64,000 bases of DNA from Lytechinus pictus (GCF_037042905.1 NC_087249.1:8868001-8932000); one strand, 5' to 3'. Counted from the first letter of the stretch, positions 11,401 through 27,200 are shown. Translations and numbers: made by a program. The notes: generated from the sequence alone by a model not told the origin.

Positions 11401-14400
11401 CTACTCAGAATGCACACATTATCAACAACAGAATTGTACACAATGTCTATGGCATAACGTATTATGCATGCACATCGTTCTGCTATGTACTTTACACTGA
11501 GTTGCGTTAATGAACTGTCAGGGAAATGTGTATGCTTATTCATATCACTCTCTCTGTGTCTTTCTCTCCCTTCTCTCTCTTTGTTGAGCGGCCATGGTCA
11601 AAAAATGGACGAAATCTCTTTGACTCGAGAATGCAACTTCCTATGGAGGGCACAATGTACCAAAATCCACTTTGATTAACATGTAATTTTTGTTAGTCCT
11701 CCCCTGCCTCCGCTCCTCATCCAAATTCATTCCGATTTGGTAGACATGTTGTCCATGATGCATTATTGTGTACCTCTTATTTCATTTTCTTAAATCATTC
11801 ATGCATGACAGTGCATGCGCCATTTTGAGTGAGTGACATCATCATCTCTCTCATTTGGAAGTAACTGGCTCGTTCATATAACTATTTTGTTAAAAATAAG
11901 CAAAATTTTGAAATGTCATAACTTTCTTATTTTACATCCGATTTTGATGAAATTTTCAGCATTGTGCTTGTCTGATTTTTCCCTATTGATTCAAATCAAG
12001 ATTTTTCTGAGGTGGACTTGACCTTTCAATCAGACACGTCAATGCATGCACATCGTAATGAAACGATTGCAGTTCTAGTCTTCTTCTTCTTCTTCTTCCA
12101 CAAAATCCCATTTGTTTAACACATGGTGTTTGTTAGCTCTGCCCTGGCTCCGTCCCTCATCCAAATTCATCCAAACTTGGTAGACATGTTGTCCAGCATC
12201 CCTAGTTGTGCCCCTTGTCTTCTTTTTTTCAAAATCACTCATGCATGACCATCTAGGCGCCATTTTGTAAATTTCAAGTCCATTTGCATACCATTACTAA
12301 TCTCGTCCTATTTCCCGCATCCTGCATTCTACAGACTTCTAACAAATTGCTATAGATAGTCAAAGAGTTGCCCCATCATTTGCGACGTATAACCTGACCT
12401 TTAAAATGCCATCTTCATGCCCTAAATTCAAATCCGAAATAGCCTTCCTTCAAAAACGTCATATTTATTGAAATGTAAAGTAAAAAAATCGTAAAATGGC
12501 CATAACTTTCTTCTTTTTATTCAATTCGAGCTAATATTTTTTAGGAATTAATACTGGCAACATATCATACTTACGAGTCAGTTTGCACGCATCACTGACC
12601 TTCCGGTATTGAAATAGCGCCCTCTAAAGTTTCAAAAACGCTTACCTTTGAATGCTCCTCATTGCGTCATGCATGGCAAAACCCGTACCCTTTTTTAGAT
12701 TTAGGGTGTTCAAGATATGCCCTTTCATGCCATTTAGAAAAATATATACCTTACCACTGACGAAATATCTGAAAAATGCTCCCGAAAATCAGCAAAATAC
12801 GCAAAAATGCACTATAATGCCAGCACAACTTCAACTTGCTCTTATTTCCTTATTATTGAAGTTTATCCTTTCTAACTTGGCAGATATGAGTATTGATATA
12901 TACTTTAACCGTTCATTAACCTTTTGTGACAGAAAATGACATAGAGCTCACGTCAGCTTAAAATTATTGTGAAAAACCTTCATTTTTAATGTCTTTCTTT
13001 ATATGGCATTTACTTCCGGTCTATTGCCTGCGCACAAATAAAAGTGGTATCAATGTCACCGCATGGAAATGCTCTTTCCACTGATACCAAATACGACATA
13101 GGTTACAACAGAAAATTTCAAGATAAGCCAATCTGAACACATGGTATACTGCTCACAATGCACATATTATCAACAACAAAATTGTACACAATGTCTATGG
13201 CATAACGTATTATGCATGCACATCGTTCTGCTGTGTACTTAACACTGAGTTACGTTAATGACTGTCAGGGAAATGTGTATGCTTATTCATATCACTCTCT
13301 CTGTGTCTTTCTCTCCCTTCTCTCTTTTTGTTGAGCGGCCATGGTCTAAAAATGGACGAAATCTGTTTGACTCGAGAATGTAACTTCCTATGGAGGGCAA
13401 AATGTACCAAAATCCACTTTGATTAACATGTAATTTTTCTTAGTCCTCCCTGCCTCCGCTCCTCATCCAAATTCATTCCGATTTGGTAGACATGTTGTCC
13501 ATGATGCATTTTTGTGTACCTATTATTTCATTTTCTAAAATCATTCATGCATGACAGTGCATGCACCATTTTGAGTGAGTGACATCATCATCTCTCTCAT
13601 TTGCATGTAACTGGCTCGTTCATAAACTATTTTGTTAGAAATAAGCGAAACTTTGAAATGTCATAACTTTCTTATTTTAAATCCGATTTTGATGAAATTT
13701 TCAGCATTGCGCTTGTCTGATTTTTCCTATTGATTCAAATCAACATTTTTCTGAGGTAGACTTGACCTTTCAATCAGACGCGTCAATGCATGCACATCGT
13801 TCTGAAACGATTGCAGTTCTAGTCTTCTTCTTCTGCTTCTTCCACAAAATCCCATTTGTTTAACACATGGTGTTTGTTAGCTCTGCCCTGGCTCCGTCCC
13901 TCATCCAAATTCATCCAAACTTGGTAGACGTGTTGTCCAGCATCCCTAGTTGTGCCCCTCGTCTTCCTTTTTTCAAAATCACTCATGCATGACCATCTAG
14001 GCGCCATTTTGTAAATTTCAAGTCCATTTGCATACCATTACTAATCTCGTCCTAACTCCCGCATCCTGCATTCTACAGACTTCTAACAAATTGCTATAGA
14101 TAGTCAAAGAGTTGTTCCATCATTTGCGACGTATAACCTGACCTTCAAAATGCCATCTTCATGCCCTAAATTCAAATCCGAAATAGCCTTCCTTCAAAAA
14201 CGTCATATTTATTGAAATGTAAAGTCAAAAAATCGTAAAATGGCCATAACTTTCTTGTTTTTATTCATTTCGAGCTCATATTTTCAGGAATTGATACTGG
14301 TACCATATCATACATAGGAATTAGTTTTCACGCTTCACTGAATTTCCGTTACTGAAATAGCGCCCTCTAAAGTTTCAAAAACGCTTATCTTTGAATGCTC

Positions 14401-15391
14401 CTCATTTCGTCATGCATGGCCAAACCCGTACCCTTTTTTAGATTTAGGGTGTTCAAGATATGCTCTTTCATGCCATTTTGAAAAATATATACCTTACTGC
14501 TGACAAAATATCTGAAAAATGCTCCCGAAAATCAGCAAAATACGCAAAAATGCACTATAATGCCAGCACAACTTCAACTTGCTCTTATTTCCTTATTATT
14601 GAAGCTTATCCTTTCTAACTTGGCAGATATGAGTATTGATATATACTTCAACCGTTCGTCAACCTTTTGTAACAGAAACTGACAAAAATCTGACGTCAGC
14701 TTAAAATTATTGTGCAAAACCTTCATTTTTAATGTTTTTCTTTATATGGCATTTACTTCCGGTCTATTGCTTGAGCACAAATAAAAGGGGTATCAATGTC
14801 ACCGCATTTGAATGCTCTTTCCAGTGATACCAAATATGACATAGGTTACAACAGAAAATTTCAAGATAAGCCAATCTGAACACATGGTATACTACTCAGA
14901 ATGCACACATTATCAACAACAGAATTGTACACAATGTCTATGGCATAACGTATTATGCATGCACATCGTTCTGCTATGTACTTTACACTGAGTTACGTTA
15001 ATGAACTGTCAGGGAAATGTGTATGCTTATCCATATCATTCCGATTTGGTAGACATGTTGTCCATGATGCATTATTGTGTACCTCTTATTTCATTTTCTA
15101 AAATCATTCATGCATGACAGTGCATGCACCATTTTGAGTGAGTGACATCATCATCTCTCTCATTTGCATGTAACCGGCTCGTTCATAATTAAAACTATTT
15201 TGTTAGAAATAAGCGAAACTTTGAAATGTCATAACTTTCTTATTTTAAATCCGATTTTGATGAAATTTTCAGCATTGCGCTTGTCTGATTTTTCCCTATT
15301 GATTCAAATCAACATTTTTCTGAGGTAGACTTGACCTTTCAATCAGACGCGTCAATGCATGCACATCGTTCTGAAACGATTGCAGTTCTAG

Positions 15392-18300
15392 TCTTCTTCT
15401 TCTGCTTCTTCCACAAAATCCCATTTGTTTAACACATGGTGTTTGTTAGCTCTGCCCTGGCTCCGTCCCTCATCCAAATTCATCCAAACTTGGTAGACAT
15501 GTTGTCCAGCATCCCTAGTTGTGCCCCTCGTCTTCCTTTTTTCAAAATCACTCATGCATGACCATCTAGGCGCCATTTTGTAAATTTCAAGTCCATTTGC
15601 ATACCATTACTAATCTCGTCCTAACTCCCGCATCCTGCATTCTACAGACTTCTAACAAATTGCTATAGATAGTCAAAGAGTTGTTCCATCATTTGCGACG
15701 TATAACCTGACCTTCAAAATGCCATCTTCATGCCCTAAATTCAAATCCGAAATAGCCTTCCTTCAAAAACGTCATATTTATTGAAATGTAAAGTAAAAAA
15801 ATCGTAAAATGGCCATAACTTTCTTGTTTTTATTCATTTCGAGCTCATATTTTTAGGAATTGATACTGGTACCATATCATACATAGGAATTAGTTTTCAC
15901 GCATCACTAAATTTCCGTTACTGAAATAGCGCCCTCTAAAGTTTCAAAAACGCTTATCTTTGAATGCTCCTCATTGCGTCATGCATGGCCAAACCCGTAC
16001 CCTTTTTTAGATTTAGGGTGTTCAAGATATGCCCTTTCATGCCATTTAGAAAAAAATATACCTTACCACTGACGAAATATCTGAAAAATGCTCCCGAAAA
16101 TCAGCAAAATTCGCAAAAATGCACTATAATGCCAGCACAACTTGAACTTGCTCTTATTTCCTTATTATTGAAGTTTATCCTTTCTAACTTGGCAGATATG
16201 AGTATTGATATATACTTCAACCGTTCGTTAACCTTTTGTGACAGAAACTGACATAGAGCTGACGTCAGCTCAAAATTATTGTGCAAAACTGTCATTTTTA
16301 ATGTCTTTCTTTATATGGCATTTACTTCCGGTCTATTGCTTGCGCAAAAATAAAAGTGGTATCAATGTCACCGCATTGGAATGCCCTATCCAGTGATACC
16401 AAATACGACATAGGTTACAACAGAAAATTTCAAGATAAGCCAATCTGAACACATGGTTTACTACTCACAGTGCGCACATTATCAACAACAGAATTGTACA
16501 CAATGTCTATGGCATAACGTATTATGCATGCACATCGTTCTGCTATGTACTTTACACTGAGTTACGTTAATGAACTGTCAGGGAAATTTGTATGCTTATT
16601 CATATCACTCTCTGTGTCTTTTTCTCCCTTCTCTCTCTTTGTTGAGCAGCCATATGGTCTAAAAATGGACGAAATCTGTTTGACTCGAGAATGTAACTTC
16701 CTATGGAGGGCAACATGTACCAAAATCCACTTTGATTAACATGTAATTTTTGTTAGTCCTCCCCTGCCTCCGCTCCTCATCCAAATTCATTCCGATTTGG
16801 TAGACATGTTGTCCATGATGCATTATTCTGTATCTCTTATTTCATTTTCTAAAATCATTCATGCATGACAGTGCATGCACCATTTTGAGTGAGTGACATC
16901 ATCATCTCTCTCATTTGGATGTAACTGGCTCGTTCATATAATTCTTTTGTTAAAAATAAGCGAAACTTTGAAATGTCATAACTTTCTTATTTTACATCCG
17001 ATTTTGATGAAATTTTCAGCATTGTGCTTGTCTGATTTTTCCCTATTGATTCAAATCAACATTTTTATGAGGTGGACTTGACCTCTAAATCAGACACGTC
17101 AATGCATGCACATCGTAATGAAACGATTGCAGTTCTAGTCTTCTTCTTCTTCTGCTTCTTCCACAAAATCCCATTTGTTTAACACATGGTGTTTGTTAGC
17201 TCTGCCCTGGCTCCGTCCCTCATCCAAATTCATCCAAACTTGGTAGACATGTTGTCCAGCATCCCTAGTTGTGCCCCTCGTCTTCCTTTTTTCAAAATCA
17301 CTCATGCATGACCATCTAGGCGCCATTTTGTAAATTTCAAGTCCATTTGCATACCATTACTAATCTCGTCCTAACTCCCGCATCCTGCATTCTACAGACT
17401 TCTAACAAATTGCTATAGATATTCAAAGAGTTGTTCCATTATTTGCGACGTATAACCTGACCTTCAAAATGCCATCTTCATGCCCTAAATTCAAATCCGA
17501 AATAGCCTTCCTTCAAAAACGTCATATTTATTGAAATGTAAAGTCAAAAAATCGTAAAATGGCCATAACTTTCTTGTTTTTATTCATTTCGAGCTCATAT
17601 TTTCAGGAATTGATACTGGTACCATATCATACATAGGAATTAGTTTTCACGCATCATTATATTTCCGTTACTGAAATAGCGCCCTCTAAAGTTTCAAAAA
17701 CGCTTATCTTTGAATGCTCCTCATTGCGTCATGCATGGCCAAATCCGTACCTTTTTTTAGATTTCGGGTGTTCGAGATATGCCCTTTCATGCCATTTAGA
17801 AAAAAATATACCTTACCACTGACGAAATATCTGAAAAATGCTCCCGAAAATCAGCAAAATTCGCAAAAATGCACTATAATGCCAGCACAACTTGAACTTG
17901 CTCTTATTTCCTTATTATTGAAGTTTATCCTTTCTAACTTGGCAGATATGAGTATTGATATATACTTCAACCGTTCGTCAACCTTTTGTAACAGAAACTG
18001 ACAAAAATCTGACGTCAGCTTAAAATTATTGTGCAAAACTGTCATTTTTAATGTCTTTCTTTATATGGCATTTACTTCCGGTCTATTGCTTGCGCACAAA
18101 TAAAAGTGGTATCAATGTCACCGCATGGAAATGCTCTTTCCACTGATACCAAATATGACATAGGTTACAACAGAAAATTTCAAGATAAGCCAATCTGAAC
18201 ACATGGTATACTGCTCACAATGCATATATTATCAACAACAGAATTGTACACAATGTCTATGGCATAACGTATTATGCATGCACATCGTTCTGCTACGTAC

Positions 18301-18770
18301 TTTACACTGAGTTACGCTAATGAACTGTCAGGGAAATGTGTATGCTTATCCATATCATTCCGATTTGGTAGACATGTTGTCCATGATGCATTATTGTGTA
18401 CCTCTTATTTCATTTTCTAAAATCATTCATGCATGACAGTGCATGCACCATTTTGAGTGAGTGACATCATCATCTCTCTCATTTGCATGTAACTGGCTCG
18501 TTCATAATTAAAACTATTTTGTTAGAAATAAGCGAAACTTTGAAATGTCATAACTTTCTTATTTTAAATCCGATTTTGATGAAATTTTCAGCATTGCGCT
18601 TGTCTGATTTTTCCCTATTGATTCAAATCAACATTTTTCTGAGGTAGACTTGACCTTTCAATCAGACGCGTCAATGCATGCACATCGTTCTGAAACGATT
18701 GCAGTTCTAGTCTTCTTTGCATTGACGCCCAATGGCGACAATGCATTGTTCTTGTTCCGTATTCCTATTC
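15392..18770 (+). repeat. Two-body block nearly identical to ~24240-27620
   Basis: Identical private variants at constant offset 8848 (ORF track 15964/24812 and 17714/26562). Confidence 0.9.
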
Positions 18771-20581
18771 CGTCGTCTTTGCATTGACGCCCAATGGCGA
18801 CAATGCATTGTTCTTGTTCCGTATTCCTATTCCGTCGTCTTCTTCTTCTTCTGCTTCTTCCACAAAATCCCATTTGTTTAACACATGGTTTTTGTTAGCT
18901 CTACCCTGGCTCCGTCCCTCATTCAAATTCATCCAAACTTTGTAGACATGTTGTCCAGCATCCCTAGTTGTGCACCTCGTCTTCCATTTTCCAAAATCAC
19001 TCATGCATGACCATCAAGGCGCCATTTTGTAAATTTCAAGTCCATTTGCATACCATTACTAATCTCGTCCTAACTCCCGCATCCTGCATGCTACAAACTT
19101 CTAACAAATTCCTATAGATAGTCAAAGAGTTGCTCCATCATTTGCGACGTATCACCTGACCTTCAAAATGCCATCTTCATGCCCTAAATTCAAATCCGAA
19201 ATAGCCTTCCTTCAAAAACTTCATATTTATTGAAATGTAAAGTCAAAAAATCCTAAAATGGCCATAACTTTCTTGTTTTTATTCAATTCGAGCTAATATT
19301 TTCAGGAATTATTACAGGCAACATATCATACTTAGGAGTTAGTTTTCACGCATCATTGACCTTCCGGTATTGAAATAGCGCCCTCTAAAGTTTCAAAAAC
19401 GCTTACCTTTGAATGCTCCTCATTGCGTCATGCATGGCCAAACCCGTACCCTTTTTTAGATTTAGGGTGTTCAAGATATGCCCTTTCATGCCATTTAGAA
19501 AAATATATACCTTACCACTGACGAAATATCTGAAAAATGCTCCCGAAAATCAGCAAAATACGCAAAAATGCACTATAATGCCAGCACAACTTCAACTTGC
19601 TCTTATTTCCTTATTATTGATGCTTATCCTTTCTTACTTTGCAGATATGAGTATTGATATATACTCTAACCGTTCGTCAACCTTTTGTGACAGAAACTGA
19701 CATAGAGCTCACGTCAGCTTAAAATTATTGTGAAAAACTGTCATTTTTAATGTCTTTCTTTATATGGCATTTACTTCCGGTCTATTGCCTGCGCACAAAT
19801 AAAAGTGGTATCAATGTCACCGCATTGGAATGCTCTTTCCACCGATACCAAATACGACATAGGTTACAACAGAAAATTTCAAGATAAGCCAATCTGAACA
19901 CATGGTATACTGCTCACAATGCACATATTATCAACAATAAAATTGTACATAATGTCTATGGCATAACGTATTATGCATGCACATTCTTCTGCTATGTACT
20001 TTACACTGAGTTACGTTTATGAACTGTCAGGGATATTTGTATGCTTATTCATATCACTCTCTCTGTGTCTTTCTCTCCCTTCTCTCTCTTTGTTGAGCGG
20101 CCATGGACATAAAATGGACGAAATCTGTTTGACTCGAGAATGCAACTTCCTATGGAGGGCATAATGTCCTAAATCCACTTTGATTAACATGTAATTTTTT
20201 TAAATTCCTCCCCTGCCTCCGCTCCTCATCCAAATTCATTTGGCAGATATGTTGTCGATGATGCATTAGTGTGTACCTCTTATTTCATTTTCTAAAATCA
20301 TTCATACATGACAGTGCATGCGCCATTTTGAGTGAGTGACATCATCATCACTCTCATTTGGATGTAACTGGCTCGTTCATATAACTATTTTGTTTAAAAT
20401 AAGCGAAACTTTGAAATGTCATAACTTTCTTATTTTACATCCGATTTTGATGAAATTTTCAGCTTTGTGCTTGTCTGAATTTTCGCTATTGATTCAAATC
20501 AACATTTTTCTGAGGTGGAGTTGACCTTTCAATCAGACGCGTCAATGCATGCACATCGTTCTGAAACGATTGCAGTTCTAG

Positions 20582-23500
20582 TCTTCTTCTTCTTCTTCTT
20601 CTTCCACAAAATCCCATTTGTTTAACACATGGTTTTTGTTAACTCTACCCTGGCTCCGTCCCTCATCCAAATTCATCCAAACTTTGTAGACATGTTGTCC
20701 AGCATCCTTAGTTGTGCACCTCGTCTTCCATTTTCCAAAATCACTCATGCATGACCATCAAGGCGCCATTTTGTATATTTCAAGTCAATTTGCATACCAT
20801 TACTAATCTCGTCCTAACTCCCGCATAATGCATGCTACAAACTTCTAACAAATTGCTATAGATAGTCAAAGAGTTGTTCCATCATTTGCGACGTATAACC
20901 CGACCTTCAAAATGCCATCTCCATGCCCTAAATTCAAATCCGAAATAGCCTTCCTTCAAAAACTTCATATTTATTGAAATGTAAAGTCAAAAAATCGTAA
21001 AATGGCCATAACTTTCTTGTTTTTATTCAATTCGAGCTCATATTTTCAGGAATTAATACAGGCAACATATTATACTTACGAGTCAGTTTTCACGCATCAT
21101 TGATTTTCCGGTATTGAAATAGCGCCCTCTAAAGTTTCAAAAACGCTTACGTTTGAATGCTCCTCATTGCGTCATGCATGGCCAAACCCGTACCCTTTTT
21201 TAGATTTAGGGTGTTCAAGATATGCCCTTTCATGCCATTTAGAAAAATATATACCTTACAGCTGACGAAATATCTGAAAAATGCCTCCGAAAATCAGCAA
21301 AATACGCAAAAATGCACTATAATGCCAGCACAACTTCAACTTGCTCTTATTTCCTTATTATTGAAGCTTATCCTTTCTAACTTGGCAGATATGAGTATTG
21401 ATATATACTTTAACCGTTCGTCAACCCTTTGTGACATAAACTGACATAGAGCTGACGTCAGCTTAAAATTATTGTGAAAAACTGTCATTTTTAATGTCTT
21501 TCTTTTTATGGCATTTACTTCCGGTCTATTGCTTGCACACACATAAAAGGGGTATCAATGTCACCGCACGGACAAGCTCTTTCCACTGATACCAAATACG
21601 ACATAGGTTACAACAGAAAATTTCAAGATAAGCCAATCTGAACACATGGTATACTACTCAAAATGCACACATCATCAACAACAGAATTGTACACAATGTC
21701 TATGGCATAACGTATTATGCATGCATATCGTTCTGATACGTACTTTACACTGAGTTACGTTAATGAACTGTCACGGAAATTTGTATGCTTATTCATATCA
21801 CTCTCTCTGTGTCTTTCTCTCCCTTCTCTCTCTTCGTTGAGCGGCCATATGGTCTAAAAATGGACGAAATCTGTTTGACTCGAGAATGTAACTTGCTATG
21901 GAGGGCAAAATGTACCAAAATCCTGTTTGATTAACATGTAGTTTTTGTAAGTCCTCCCCTGACTCCGCTCCTCATCCAAATTCATTCCGATTTGGTAGAC
22001 ATGTTGTCCATGATCAATTATTGTGTATCTCTTATTTCATTTTCTAAAATCATTCATGCATGACAGTGCATGCGCCATTTTGAGTGAGTGACATCATCAT
22101 CTCTCTCATTTGGATGTAACTGGCTCGTTCATATAACTATTTTGTTAAAAATAAGCGAAACTTTGAAATGTCAAAACTTTCTTATTTTACATCCGATTTT
22201 GATGAAATTTTCAGCATTGTGCTTGTCTGATTTTTCCCCATTGATTCGAATGAACATTTTTCTGAGGTGGACTTGACCTTTCAATCAGACGCGTCAATGC
22301 ATGCACATCGTTCTGAAACGATTGCAGTTCTAGTCTTCTTCTTCTTCTTCTTCCACAAAATCCCATTTGTTTAACACATGGTTTTTGTTAGCTCTGCCCT
22401 GGCTCTGTCCCTCATCCAAATTCATCCAAACTTTGTAGACATGTTGTCCAGCATCCCTAGTTGTGCCCCTTGTCTTCCTTTTTCCAAAATCACTCATGCA
22501 TGACCATCTAGGCGCCATTTTGTAAATTTCAAGTCCATTTGCATACCATTACTAATCTCGTCCTAACTCCCGCATCCTGCATGCTACAAACTTCTAACAA
22601 ATTGCTATAGATAGTCAAAGAGTTGCTCCATCATCTGCGACGTATAACCTGACCTTCAAAATGCCATCTTCATGCCCTAAATTCAAATCCGAAATAGCCT
22701 TCCTTTAAAAACGTCACATTTATTGAAATGTAAAGTCAAAAAATCGTAAAATGGCCATAACTTGATTTTTTTTATTCATTTCGAGCTCATATTTTAAGGA
22801 ATTGATACTTGTACCATATCATACTTACGACTTAGTTTTCACGCATCACTGAATTTTCGTTACTGAAATAGCGCCCTCTAAAGTTTCAAAAACGCTTATC
22901 TTTGAATGCTCCTCATTTCGTCATGCATGGCCAAACCCGTACCCTTTTTTAGATTTAGGGTGTTCAAGATATGCTCTTTCATGCCATTTAGAAAAATATA
23001 TACCTTACCGCTGACAAAATATCTGAAAAATGCTCCCGAAAATCAGCAAAATACGCAAAAATGCACTATAATGCCAGCACAACTTCAACTTGCTCTTATT
23101 TCCTTATTATTGAAGCTTATCCTTTCTAACTTGGCAGATATGAGTATTGATATATACTTCAACCGTTCGTCAACCTTTTGTAACAGAAACTGACAAAAAT
23201 CTGACGTCAGCTTAAAATTATTGTGCAAAACCTTCATTTTTAATGTTTTTCTTTATATGGCATTTACTTCCGGTCTATTGCTTGAGCACAAATAAAAGGG
23301 GTATCAATGTCACCGCATTTGAATGCTCTTTCCAGTGATACCAAATATAACATAGGTTACAACAGAAAATTTCAAGATAAGCCAATCTGAACACATGGTA
23401 TACTACTCAGAATGCACACATTATCAACAACAGAATTGTACACAATGTCTATGGCATAACGTATTATGCATGCACATCGTTCTGCTATGTACTTTACACT

Positions 23501-23960
23501 GAGTTACGTTAATGAACTGTCAGGGAAATGTGTATGCTTATCCATATCATTCCGATTTGGTAGACATGTTGTCCATGATGCATTATTGTGTACCTCTTAT
23601 TTCATTTTCTAAAATCATTCATGCATGACAGTGCATGCACCATTTTGAGTGAGTGACATCATCATCTCTCTCATTTGCATGTAACTGGCTCGTTCATAAT
23701 TAAAACTATTTTGTTAGAAATAAGCGAAACTTTGAAATGTCATAACTTTCTTATTTTAAATCCGATTTTGATGAAATTTTCAGCATTTCGCTTGTCTGAT
23801 TTTTCCCTATTGATTCAAATCAACATTTTTCTGAGGTAGACTTGACCTTTCAATCAGACGCGTCAATGCATGCACATCGTTCTGAAACGATTGCAGTTCT
23901 AGTTGCATTGACGCCCAACGGCGACAATGCATTGTTCTTGTTCCGTATTCCTATTCCGTC
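20582..23960 (+). repeat. Two-body block nearly identical to ~32982-36357
   Basis: Identical private variants at constant offset 12397 (21157/33554 and 22906/35303), including the following CCCAACGG left end. Confidence 0.9.
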
Positions 23961-24259
23961 GTCTTCTTCTTCTTCTTTGCATTGACGCCCACTGGCGACA
24001 ATGCATTGTTCTTGTTCCGTATTCCTATTCCGTCGTCTTTGCATTGACGCCCACTGGCGACAATGCATTGTTCTTGTTCCGTATTCCTATTCCGTCGTCT
24101 TCTTCTTTGCATTGACGCCCACTGGCGACAATGCATTGTTCTTGTTCCGTATTCCTATTCCGTCGTCTTCTTTGCATTGACGCCCACTGGCGACAATGCA
24201 TTGTTCTTGTTCCGTATTCCTATTCCGTCGTCTTCTTCTTCTTCTTCTTCTGCTTCTTC
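23903..24259 (+). repeat. Stack of five left-end modules
   Basis: TTGCATTGACGCC at 23903, 23977, 24039, 24107 and 24172. Confidence 0.95.
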
Positions 24260-27200
24260 CACAAAATCCCATTTGTTTAACACATGGTGTTTGTTAGCTC
24301 TGCCCTGGCTCCGTCCCTCATCCAAATTCATCCAAACTTGGTAGACATGTTGTCCAGCATCCCTAGTTGTGCCCCTCGTCTTCCTTTTTTCAAAATCACT
24401 CATGCATGACCATCTAGGCGCCATTTTGTAAATTTCAAGTCCATTTGCATACCATTACTAATCTCGTCCTAACTCCCGCATCCTGCATTCTACAGACTTC
24501 TAACAAATTGCTATAGATAGTCAAAGAGTTGTTCCATCATTTGCGACGTATAACCTGACCTTCAAAATGCCATCTTCATGCCCTAAATTCAAATCCGAAA
24601 TAGCCTTCCTTCAAAAACGTCATATTTATTGAAATGTAAAGTAAAAAAATCGTAAAATGGCCATAACTTTCTTGTTTTTATTCATTTCGAGCTCATATTT
24701 TTAGGAATTGATACTGGTACCATATCATACATAGGAATTAGTTTTCACGCATCACTAAATTTCCGTTACTGAAATAGCGCCCTCTAAAGTTTCAAAAACG
24801 CTTATCTTTGAATGCTCCTCATTGCGTCATGCATGGCCAAACCCGTACCCTTTTTTAGATTTAGGGTGTTCAAGATATGCCCTTTCATGCCATTTAGAAA
24901 AAAATATACCTTACCACTGACGAAATATCTGAAAAATGCTCCCGAAAATCAGCAAAATTCGCAAAAATGCACTATAATGCCAGCACAACTTGAACTTGCT
25001 CTTATTTCCTTATTATTGAAGTTTATCCTTTCTAACTTGGCAGATATGAGTATTGATATATACTTCAACCGTTCGTTAACCTTTTGTGACAGAAACTGAC
25101 ATAGAGCTGACGTCAGCTCAAAATTATTGTGCAAAACTGTCATTTTTAATGTCTTTCTTTATATGGCATTTACTTCCGGTCTATTGCTTGCGCAAAAATA
25201 AAAGTGGTATCAATGTCACCGCATTGGAATGCCCTATCCAGTGATACCAAATACGACATAGGTTACAACAGAAAATTTCAAGATAAGCCAATCTGAACAC
25301 ATGGTTTACTACTCACAGTGCGCACATTATCAACAACAGAATTGTACACAATGTCTATGGCATAACGTATTATGCATGCACATCGTTCTGCTATGTACTT
25401 TACACTGAGTTACGTTAATGAACTGTCAGGGAAATTTGTATGCTTATTCATATCACTCTCTGTGTCTTTTTCTCCCTTCTCTCTCTTTGTTGAGCAGCCA
25501 TATGGTCTAAAAATGGACGAAATCTGTTTGACTCGAGAATGTAACTTCCTATGGAGGGCAACATGTACCAAAATCCACTTTGATTAACATGTAATTTTTG
25601 TTAGTCCTCCCCTGCCTCCGCTCCTCATCCAAATTCATTCCGATTTGGTAGACATGTTGTCCATGATGCATTATTCTGTATCTCTTATTTCATTTTCTAA
25701 AATCATTCATGCATGACAGTGCATGCACCATTTTGAGTGAGTGACATCATCATCTCTCTCATTTGGATGTAACTGGCTCGTTCATATAATTCTTTTGTTA
25801 AAAATAAGCGAAACTTTGAAATGTCATAACTTTCTTATTTTACATCCGATTTTGATGAAATTTTCAGCATTGTGCTTGTCTGATTTTTCCCTATTGATTC
25901 AAATCAACATTTTTATGAGGTGGACTTGACCTCTAAATCAGACACGTCAATGCATGCACATCGTAATGAAACGATTGCAGTTCTAGTCTTCTTCTTCTTC
26001 TGCTTCTTCCACAAAATCCCATTTGTTTAACACATGGTGTTTGTTAGCTCTGCCCTGGCTCCGTCCCTCATCCAAATTCATCCAAACTTGGTAGACATGT
26101 TGTCCAGCATCCCTAGTTGTGCCCCTCGTCTTCCTTTTTTCAAAATCACTCATGCATGACCATCTAGGCGCCATTTTGTAAATTTCAAGTCCATTTGCAT
26201 ACCATTACTAATCTCGTCCTAACTCCCGCATCCTGCATTCTACAGACTTCTAACAAATTGCTATAGATATTCAAAGAGTTGTTCCATTATTTGCGACGTA
26301 TAACCTGACCTTCAAAATGCCATCTTCATGCCCTAAATTCAAATCCGAAATAGCCTTCCTTCAAAAACGTCATATTTATTGAAATGTAAAGTCAAAAAAT
26401 CGTAAAATGGCCATAACTTTCTTGTTTTTATTCATTTCGAGCTCATATTTTCAGGAATTGATACTGGTACCATATCATACATAGGAATTAGTTTTCACGC
26501 ATCATTATATTTCCGTTACTGAAATAGCGCCCTCTAAAGTTTCAAAAACGCTTATCTTTGAATGCTCCTCATTGCGTCATGCATGGCCAAATCCGTACCT
26601 TTTTTTAGATTTCGGGTGTTCGAGATATGCCCTTTCATGCCATTTAGAAAAAAATATACCTTACCACTGACGAAATATCTGAAAAATGCTCCCGAAAATC
26701 AGCAAAATTCGCAAAAATGCACTATAATGCCAGCACAACTTGAACTTGCTCTTATTTCCTTATTATTGAAGTTTATCCTTTCTAACTTGGCAGATATGAG
26801 TATTGATATATACTTCAACCGTTCGTCAACCTTTTGTAACAGAAACTGACAAAAATCTGACGTCAGCTTAAAATTATTGTGCAAAACTGTCATTTTTAAT
26901 GTCTTTCTTTATATGGCATTTACTTCCGGTCTATTGCTTGCGCACAAATAAAAGTGGTATCAATGTCACCGCATGGAAATGCTCTTTCCACTGATACCAA
27001 ATATGACATAGGTTACAACAGAAAATTTCAAGATAAGCCAATCTGAACACATGGTATACTGCTCACAATGCATATATTATCAACAACAGAATTGTACACA
27101 ATGTCTATGGCATAACGTATTATGCATGCACATCGTTCTGCTACGTACTTTACACTGAGTTACGCTAATGAACTGTCAGGGAAATGTGTATGCTTATCCA

